A stretch of 64,000 nt of DNA from a virus. A program made the translations under genes and the position numbers. The notes beneath the pieces are model-generated. The model searched no databases and was not told the DNA's origin. It was given only the letters and a program-made list of their open reading frames with translations. The stretch's first letter is position 1; every line of letters begins with the position of its first letter. The stretch covers positions 11,876-75,875 of the IMG/VR virus record IMGVR_UViG_3300006736_003672. The stretch is one strand, 5' to 3'. Positions 56,929 through 64,000 of the stretch are shown piece after piece.

Positions 56929-59916
56929 ATGGCAAAAGGTAACAACGGAAATGAAAAAGCTCAATCAATTGAGCTTCATTTGGAACAGGTGGACGGAGAA
57001 AATCTTGTTTCTCCTAGAAAAGTTTATCTTTTTGATGATGATAAGCGTTATCTTCAAGACAAAAACATATCTCCCAAATATTTGCTGACGAAAGAAAAAA
57101 GAAACGCTCTTGTTGGTGGCCTTTTTAAAGCAAAAAAGGGGCACCCCACCAAGTGGTACAACTATATAACAAAACACCTTCGCACACAAACAGAAGACGA
57201 AGTTCGCAGTGCGCTTGGGGCATGTTGGATACAGCAAAACGGACTTCAGAAAAATCTACTTGAATCCTTCGACCCGATTCAAAACTATGTCGCATATCCA
57301 CAGTTTATTACGAAAAAAAAATACTGGAAGCACGATCTTGTAGATATAGAACCTTGGTATACTAATGATCGAAAGGTTCCGGAAAGGAGAGAAAGAATAA
57401 CTTTTCGGGCAGCAGGTTTCGGGCCGGAAGCTCTCGACAAACATCAACAAAAATTCCACCCCGGCCGGACCGAAATAGCAGAATTAGCTTTGAATATATA
57501 TTTAAATGAACAAAAATTTGTGTATCACTGGAAGAAGGCAAATGTTTATTATAGAAATACTGGAAGAAGACATGTTGACTACACAACAACTTATTTTAAG
57601 CCGTTTTCTTTTAAAGAGTTGGAGGGGACATCGTACATGAATAAGCCTCTTTATTATAAGTGTAAATCTGATTATAATTTTTATATTAGAGCATATGAAA
57701 GTTTAAATTGGAGGGCTAGCGCAGATGGGCTTGATGATACTGCATTGTTGCCGGATATAAATGTTTTTCTGATCGAGGAGGACCAACCCGATTTCGCCCC
57801 GGGACACGCTGGCTTCACTGACGCTCATAAGCAGATAACGTTGTGGGATGAGCTTCCTAAGATGTTTAAAGACGTGTTAAACGAAGCTGGGGAAAAAATA
57901 GGAGAATCAAGCAAGGGGCGGTATTTTGAAAAATGGTCTAAAGCATACAACGATGCTGACGCCATCGCCAAAGCAAATTTTACTAAGATTAAACGAAAGT
58001 CTTCTAACGTTTTGGTACCTTATGAAACAAATAAAAAATTATTTGACTATCACAACAAACGTTTTATGTTTCCTATATTCTGCGAAATAGATTTTTCTAC
58101 CGATACGAATACTTCTTTGGCCGATTTGCTGGTAGATGCCAAATTAGACGGTTCTATTTTAAAAACCATAATTGAAGGGGTAAAGGGAGATTGGGGCGCT
58201 GGGATGAAAAGAGATCTTCGTTTTACTTCCATGCGGAGCATGCAGACAGTCGAGAAAAATTCTCATATGCATTATGGCACTCACGGAGGTGAGACAGCTG
58301 TTGACAAGGATGTACCCCGTGAAGTAAGAAGTTTTAGACTTTATGATGACAGTGCTTGGAATTGGATTGGGCAATATCGAGACAAAGGGGCAGAAATATA
58401 TAAGAATAAAGAGGGAGAAGACTTTACTGTTTTGGCGCACTTCGATTCAGAATATTACGATATGCTTCATGAACCACCGGAATCAGCCGGCCAGAGTAAA
58501 TTTTTAAAAAACCTTATGATGACAATTTTTAAGGCCAAATTTACAGATATACTCAAGATTAAAACAAGAAGTTTTAGACAAATATTAGAAGGCCGCCCAG
58601 CACAATCAGAAACACTTGCATATAGAATTGAAAAATGGATATGCGATGAAGCTGGTGAGCCAAAAGAAGTAGTACAAAATTATTATTATTCAAATACAAG
58701 AAAACTTGATATACTTAAACACGTTGACACTCAATTGAGGTATGGTAAAAAGTATCATTATAAAGTCTTTTCTTGGAGAGTAATTTATGGGACAGAATAT
58801 GAATATGAACTTGCTGGTAGATATCTACAGGGTTTACAGACTTTGCTCGCAGGTGTAGCTCGCGACGCCATCGGCGGCATCGCAGGAATCGGTCAGGGGT
58901 CGATTGCTTCCGATCTTGCGAAGCTTTACGCCGCCAATAAAGCAAAAGCTCTAGAGTGGTTTAAATTTAGACTGGGCACTTACCAGCCAGATCTAAATAA
59001 TATTTCTTTGGATGTTGATATTATCTCGAGACCAAACGTTCAAATAATAGAAGTGCCGTATTTTTCTTGTTCTACTAGAATAATGGACAGCCCTCCGATT
59101 CCTCCAAATGTGAATATTATACCGTATAAGAACGTTAATAATCAAGTTTTAATTAATTTAAGCAGTAACACAGGAGAGGTTAAACAAGAACCAATTGTTA
59201 TTGAAACTGAAAATGGCGACGAAGAATCCTTGAAAAACATATATGAAGCACAAGAGCTGCTTCAGGGATCTATAATAGAGTTTCAAAGCGATGATCCTCC
59301 ACAATCTTTCCAAGTATTTAGAACTACAGACGAGCCTACTAGTTATCAAGATTTTAAAGGTACCATGAGGGAACACGATGTCGGCCCTACCGAAGGCGGA
59401 ACCACACAAGGATTTTCATCTTTTTCCCTCGTTGATAATCTTACTCCCAATACAAAATATTATTATGTTTTTAGGGTTAAAGACATACATGGCCATGTTT
59501 CAAATCCCACCGAAATTTATAAAGTGGAACTAATTGATAATAGTGGAGCAATCTACTTGTTGATTGATATCTTTGAAATCGAAAAAAAGAAGCTTAAAAG
59601 CACTAAAAGTATGAAGAAGTATATTTCAGTAATTCCAACTGAAGAACAAAGATTTATTAACGAAAAGGAAACACAAATAAAATTTGGAGAAGATGGCATT
59701 GGAGAAACAGCAGTTGGCATATCTCCTGTTTTAGGGCACTCTGAAGAAACTATTTTTAATCGCGGCCCAGAAAAACATTTTAAAATTAGACTTATTTCAA
59801 AAAAGACTGGTAGAAAAATTGATATTAATGTTGCTTTTGAAACCAAGCACATGAACATAGAAGTGAAAAAGAAAGAGGATATTATGGATTCTGATTCTGC
59901 AACGGTTTCTGATTAA
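56929..59916 (+). CDS. Large hypothetical (probable virion) protein with FnIII-like segments
   Basis: DTQLRYGKKYHYKV, FQVFRT and DNLTPNTKYYYVFRVKD...SNP are FnIII-like. Confidence 0.55.
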   Translation: MAKGNNGNEKAQSIELHLEQVDGENLVSPRKVYLFDDDKRYLQDKNISPKYLLTKEKRNALVGGLFKAKKGHPTKWYNYITKHLRTQTEDEVRSALGACWIQQNGLQKNLLESFDPIQNYVAYPQFITKKKYWKHDLVDIEPWYTNDRKVPERRERITFRAAGFGPEALDKHQQKFHPGRTEIAELALNIYLNEQKFVYHWKKANVYYRNTGRRHVDYTTTYFKPFSFKELEGTSYMNKPLYYKCKSDYNFYIRAYESLNWRASADGLDDTALLPDINVFLIEEDQPDFAPGHAGFTDAHKQITLWDELPKMFKDVLNEAGEKIGESSKGRYFEKWSKAYNDADAIAKANFTKIKRKSSNVLVPYETNKKLFDYHNKRFMFPIFCEIDFSTDTNTSLADLLVDAKLDGSILKTIIEGVKGDWGAGMKRDLRFTSMRSMQTVEKNSHMHYGTHGGETAVDKDVPREVRSFRLYDDSAWNWIGQYRDKGAEIYKNKEGEDFTVLAHFDSEYYDMLHEPPESAGQSKFLKNLMMTIFKAKFTDILKIKTRSFRQILEGRPAQSETLAYRIEKWICDEAGEPKEVVQNYYYSNTRKLDILKHVDTQLRYGKKYHYKVFSWRVIYGTEYEYELAGRYLQGLQTLLAGVARDAIGGIAGIGQGSIASDLAKLYAANKAKALEWFKFRLGTYQPDLNNISLDVDIISRPNVQIIEVPYFSCSTRIMDSPPIPPNVNIIPYKNVNNQVLINLSSNTGEVKQEPIVIETENGDEESLKNIYEAQELLQGSIIEFQSDDPPQSFQVFRTTDEPTSYQDFKGTMREHDVGPTEGGTTQGFSSFSLVDNLTPNTKYYYVFRVKDIHGHVSNPTEIYKVELIDNSGAIYLLIDIFEIEKKKLKSTKSMKKYISVIPTEEQRFINEKETQIKFGEDGIGETAVGISPVLGHSEETIFNRGPEKHFKIRLISKKTGRKIDINVAFETKHMNIEVKKKEDIMDSDSATVSD

Positions 59917-59983
59917 AGAGTTATTTAAAAAATAACTTTTTTATAAAAAAAGAACTACTTATAATATAAAAAGGAGTGAATTT

Positions 59984-61057
59984 ATGGCTTTTCTTGACAA
60001 TAGCGGAGATATTATTCTTGATGCTGTATTAACCGATACCGGAAGAATGAGACTTGCAAAAGGAGATGGCACTTTTAAAATTACAAAATTTGCTTTAGGC
60101 GATGATGAAATTAATTATAACAATTATAATAAAAATCATGCTTCCGGCAGCGCCTATTATGATTTAACTGTTCTGCAGACTCCTATTTTAGAAGCGTTTA
60201 CGAACAACACATCTATGATGAAAAGTAAATTACTTTCCATTCCTAGAACAAATCTTTTATATCTTCCGGTGATTCTTCTGAATGTGTCCAACGAACGTCG
60301 CCGCACCAACGCCTCTTATGGAAAAGCCGATGGAAAATATATTATCACCGTTGATGAAAGATCGGGAAGACCAACTCTAAATCCAAATTCAAATGGCTTA
60401 ATCCCCGGCCTTATCCCCACGTCCGCCGATACCCCTTCCCTGGATGGTCACATGAACGGTTTTGAGCCTGGAAAAGGTGAGGAAGTATATATCCAGGTAG
60501 ACCAGGGCCTCAACACTGATGAGATTCATCCGAAACACAGGCTGTCGAGCGATTTAATTGAAACTCAATATATAATTGAAATGGACAATAGATTGGGAAC
60601 GATTGTCAATTCCGGATTCGTCGTCCCCGGCGCCGTTGGTAATCCAGCAGCGGTATCTTTTATTGATGATGACAATATTGCTAGTTATTTCTTATCATTG
60701 GGAACCGATAACGGGTTTGTCAGAGATATTACCGGGTGGACAGAGCCAGTAACAGATACCCAAGCGGCCAACAGTGAGCTGAAAGGTCCACGAGGGACAA
60801 GGTTAATATTCAAGGTGGCTGCCTCAACAGAGCTACAAACGAGCAATTTCTTATTTCAAAGACTAGGTACAACTAATTTCAATGCATGGACTCTTCCAGC
60901 TAGTGACAACGCCACCGACTCGCCAACAACAAGCGGCGCGACCACCGGCGACGCCACAGTGCACTACATTGACTCAACAATTAGAATCACAGGCGCCACA
61001 ACTGGATATAGAATTGATATTCCAATTAGATACGTTAAACGAGTAGATGGCGGTTAA
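59984..61057 (+). CDS. Putative tail-collar/baseplate structural protein
   Basis: LDAVLTDTGRMRLAKG...ITKFALGDDEINY resembles tail-collar-fibre N-termini. AAGGAG Shine-Dalgarno. Confidence 0.6.
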   Translation: MAFLDNSGDIILDAVLTDTGRMRLAKGDGTFKITKFALGDDEINYNNYNKNHASGSAYYDLTVLQTPILEAFTNNTSMMKSKLLSIPRTNLLYLPVILLNVSNERRRTNASYGKADGKYIITVDERSGRPTLNPNSNGLIPGLIPTSADTPSLDGHMNGFEPGKGEEVYIQVDQGLNTDEIHPKHRLSSDLIETQYIIEMDNRLGTIVNSGFVVPGAVGNPAAVSFIDDDNIASYFLSLGTDNGFVRDITGWTEPVTDTQAANSELKGPRGTRLIFKVAASTELQTSNFLFQRLGTTNFNAWTLPASDNATDSPTTSGATTGDATVHYIDSTIRITGATTGYRIDIPIRYVKRVDGG

Positions 61058-61071
61058 AAAAGGTAAAAAAT

Positions 61072-62292
61072 ATGGCTACAACATTTAAAACTTACGCAAA
61101 TAATGATATTTCCACAACTAGGACGCTTCTTCATGAAGCGATTCCTATTACAGGGACGATTGTTTCTGGCACCTATGGTGCTGTTTCCATTGAGCTTGGA
61201 TCTGAAAATAATATTAAAAATTATTCTCATGGTTTGTTCCAATCAGTTTATGATTATCCGTATCTAAGTTCATCTGCAAATCATATTTTTGATATCACTT
61301 GCGGATACCATTCTTCTTCACGATGGCACCAATCTTCAGAAGGATCTCACACCGGAAAGATTTGGCACAACACTGATGGAACAGAAAATTACCAAAATAG
61401 CGACAAGTTAAACATATATAATCAAATGGCTCAAATTCTTATGGGTCACAATACCGATGGCACAATTAAGAAATTCAAAATTCCTGGCGGGGATGACATT
61501 CTTCAATGCTACTTTATTAGTTTTTCACGTTTGTTGGTAAAGGACGAAATTAAAAAAGGCTCTTTTAGCCTACATATGGGAACCGGCTCTAATGCATCCC
61601 CCGACACAACCGATGCAGGACATTGGCTAGCAATCAGCAAAATTCATGACAATTCCGGCACCGGATCGTTCTACACAGACTCTCCAGCTGGAGAATATGG
61701 TTTGTTGTCGGCATCTGTTATTGCTGGAGTTACAGATGCTTCTTCTGCATTGATCAAGGGCCCTGTAGCTGCCTCGGCGCAAGGCGCCGGGTCCACAGGC
61801 GGTGGAGCATCAGGTCTCATTTTTTATCAGGCTGGTATAATTGTTCTTTCTGCTTCTGATCATTTTCTCGACCACGTTACAGGATCACGATTGGATTATC
61901 CAGTTCCGCTTCCTATGAACTATGGACTTGCTGATGATAATCGCGGCGCCACTTTTGGTGCTGTGTTAACAGGGTCTGCGATATCAGCTTCTGCCGATGC
62001 CATAAGAAATAGAATTCAAAGTATTTCCTTTAATAATACAACAGAATTAAATTCAACAATTTATTTCTGCAGAGCAAATCATAATGAATTTAATTATAGC
62101 GCAAATCCAACTTACTTGAGCGCTAGCAAAATTCAAGTTAAAAACACTTCATTAGATCAGCCCGTATCATATATTACTACAGTTGGATTATATTCCGCTG
62201 ACAATGAGTTATTAGCAGTTGCCAAGCTTTCTGAGCCTCTGAAAAAAACGCCCGATACAGAGCTGACAATGAGGGTGCGTCTGGATTATTAA
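61072..62292 (+). CDS. Putative tail-collar/baseplate structural protein
   Basis: C-terminal YITTVGLYSADNELLAVAKLSEPLKK. Confidence 0.6.
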   Translation: MATTFKTYANNDISTTRTLLHEAIPITGTIVSGTYGAVSIELGSENNIKNYSHGLFQSVYDYPYLSSSANHIFDITCGYHSSSRWHQSSEGSHTGKIWHNTDGTENYQNSDKLNIYNQMAQILMGHNTDGTIKKFKIPGGDDILQCYFISFSRLLVKDEIKKGSFSLHMGTGSNASPDTTDAGHWLAISKIHDNSGTGSFYTDSPAGEYGLLSASVIAGVTDASSALIKGPVAASAQGAGSTGGGASGLIFYQAGIIVLSASDHFLDHVTGSRLDYPVPLPMNYGLADDNRGATFGAVLTGSAISASADAIRNRIQSISFNNTTELNSTIYFCRANHNEFNYSANPTYLSASKIQVKNTSLDQPVSYITTVGLYSADNELLAVAKLSEPLKKTPDTELTMRVRLDY

Positions 62293-62295
62293 AAA

Positions 62296-63471
62296 ATGCC
62301 ATACTATAAGTTTGGACCAACTGATATATTTCATAATAGAATAAAAACTTATCCTAAAAGTGAATTTTTTATCTATGATGGGCAAGTTTATTATAACAAC
62401 AATCCGAATTGGATACGACCTGGAACAGACGATGACTTAAATCATGTTCCATATGGGTATGTTAGCCTGTATGAGTTAAATGTTGATCGGCAAAGTGGGC
62501 AACTAATATTTCCTTTCATAACTAAGCAGGGAAGTCTGACATCTTTTAAAACTGTCGCAACCAGTCAATTTAATACTGATTATGCATATGGGGATCAGAT
62601 GGAGGGATCTTATCCATTGTCTGCATCTATAATGTTTTCTCATTCTGTTTTAGATAGTCCGCGAGATCACATTAATGCTCTTCAAAATACTTTAGATTAT
62701 TATATAATCAATAGCCCACATTACGCTTATTCGTCATCTAATGTTCAAGGTTGTGAAAAAAATTCACAACGATTAAGCTTAATAAGCATTCCTTCCATTT
62801 TCTATGGTTCTTCTATAAGAAAAGGATCTGTGCGATTAAAATATTATGTAAGCGGAGCTTTGTTGGCAGAGCTGCAGGATATAGGTAAAAATGGAGAATT
62901 GATTGAAGTTACCAGTTCAGTTCATGCTACCGGCAATGTGGCCGGCGTTGTATTATATAATGAAGGGTTTCTTATTTTAACTGGATCTTGGGATCTTCAT
63001 CCGGATACCTTTACTGATGTCTATGCTCCAGGCGCCACAAGCCCAGCCTGGTTGTTTTTTGCAAACGGAGCGAACGACTCTACATACACGCCCGGCGCAG
63101 CTTATTCTTCTAGCTATTCCATGGAATTTGAAGGGATAAATTATGTCCCGACGTTAACAATGTTGGCTCATGCTCCAAAAGGTGTGTTAAATCATTCAAG
63201 TAACCCTACGTACAAAAAGACTGGCTCTGGTGGAGTGCCTGACATTACATCCAGTATGTCACGTTATTTTGAAGATGATACAACGGCGATTAAAAATATA
63301 GTTACTAGTTCCCACTCACATCACAGTGCTAGTTTTAAAAAACAAACTTACATTTCTCAAATTGGACTTTATGATGACGACAGAAATCTTTTGGCGATTG
63401 CCAAATTAGCTACGCCAGTTAAAAAAACTGAAGATCGAGACTTCACGTTTAAACTTAAATTGGATTTTTAG
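62296..63471 (+). CDS. Putative tail-collar/baseplate structural protein (paralogue of 61072)
   Basis: IRKGSV, GVVLYNEG, NHSSNPTY and YISQIGLYDDDRNLLAIAKLATPVKK match 61072. Confidence 0.6.
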   Translation: MPYYKFGPTDIFHNRIKTYPKSEFFIYDGQVYYNNNPNWIRPGTDDDLNHVPYGYVSLYELNVDRQSGQLIFPFITKQGSLTSFKTVATSQFNTDYAYGDQMEGSYPLSASIMFSHSVLDSPRDHINALQNTLDYYIINSPHYAYSSSNVQGCEKNSQRLSLISIPSIFYGSSIRKGSVRLKYYVSGALLAELQDIGKNGELIEVTSSVHATGNVAGVVLYNEGFLILTGSWDLHPDTFTDVYAPGATSPAWLFFANGANDSTYTPGAAYSSSYSMEFEGINYVPTLTMLAHAPKGVLNHSSNPTYKKTGSGGVPDITSSMSRYFEDDTTAIKNIVTSSHSHHSASFKKQTYISQIGLYDDDRNLLAIAKLATPVKKTEDRDFTFKLKLDF

Positions 63472-63483
63472 TATAATATAATA

Positions 63484-64000
63484 GTGATCTTAGGTTTAGA
63501 CATTTCAACATCAATAACTGGTGCTACTGTTCTTGATGACACTGACAAAATATTATATTGTGAAGCTTGGGATATGAGAAACAAAAACCGTTTTCCAAGT
63601 CCGTATACAAAAGCAGAATTTGTTAAAAGCAAATTATTAGATTTAACTATCAAATTTCGCATCGAACACATTTTCGTTGAACAATCCCTGCAAGCTTTTA
63701 GACCTGGATTTTCTTCAGCAAAAACTTTATTGACATTGGCGAAGTTTAATGGTATAGTATCTTACATATGTTTAGACGTAGTAGGAATTGAACCAGAATA
63801 TATTGGAGCATCAACTGCTCGAAAATCAAATGGAATCAAAATACCTCGTGGAGAAAAAGCAAAAAAAGTTGTTCTCCAATATGTTCTTGACAATGAACCA
63901 AATTTTGTGGTAGAATATACAAAGCAAGGAAATCCAAAGCCCGGTTCTTATGATCGGGCAGACAGTTTAATTATTGCGAGAGCAGGTTATAATTTATGGA
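63484..64000 (+). CDS. RuvC-like Holliday junction resolvase, partial (not in the ORF track; runs off the window end)
   Basis: From GTG 63484: ILGLDISTSITG...IFVEQ...LAKFNG...ARKS...YDRADSLIIA, carrying the RuvC D/E/DxxD catalytic pattern. No stop before 64000. Confidence 0.8.
   Translation, partial: MILGLDISTSITGATVLDDTDKILYCEAWDMRNKNRFPSPYTKAEFVKSKLLDLTIKFRIEHIFVEQSLQAFRPGFSSAKTLLTLAKFNGIVSYICLDVVGIEPEYIGASTARKSNGIKIPRGEKAKKVVLQYVLDNEPNFVVEYTKQGNPKPGSYDRADSLIIARAGYNLW

Noticed and set aside
594-63671. Short minus-strand and nested ORFs in the ORF track
   Set aside because: They overlap well-supported + strand genes and show no recognisable motifs, so they are treated as shadow ORFs.
1-64000. 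Stop-codon reassignment, as in some large phages
   Set aside because: Genes are full length in code 11, and TAA, TGA and TAG all end genes at tight junctions.
1-64000. tRNA, rRNA, CRISPR arrays or IS elements
   Set aside because: None recognised; intergenic gaps are under ~100 bp and no transposase motifs were seen. tRNAscan-SE or Infernal would be needed to exclude small RNAs.

Overview
This window looks like a segment of a large, AT-rich, tailed dsDNA bacteriophage (myovirus-like, probably a jumbo phage), not a cellular chromosome. All credible genes are on the + strand, tightly packed, and use the standard code. (1) 1-19.7 kb is a ~20-kb glycan biosynthesis and transfer cluster: glycosyltransferases, a YerE/AHAS-like ThDP enzyme, PanB, RfbH/DdhC, an RmlB-like dehydratase, a Maf/DUF115-like transferase, NeuB/NeuA with tailoring enzymes, two sulfotransferases and Fcl/Gmd. 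(2) 19.7-22.6 kb holds small genes, a phage sigma-like factor and an FtsZ/tubulin-family GTPase. (3) 22.6-63.5 kb is a tail/baseplate module. It has two tandem paralogues with a near-identical N-terminal domain but different cargo (a lambda-R-type lytic transglycosylase versus an SGNH hydrolase plus terminal Hint domain), a spike-like protein, gp25- and gp6/J-like wedge proteins, 3097-aa and 3624-aa giant proteins and tail-collar-like paralogues. (4) A RuvC-like gene runs off the right end. The main hypotheses are: a flagellin-type (Maf + nonulosonate) glycosylation system redirected to virion proteins rich in S/T-G/A/S-S motifs; a swappable-cargo spike pair with Hint autoprocessing after a Gly-Gly; a PanB + ThDP branched-sugar route; and strong enrichment of GC-only palindromes. 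All calls come from motif recognition by eye; no database search was run.
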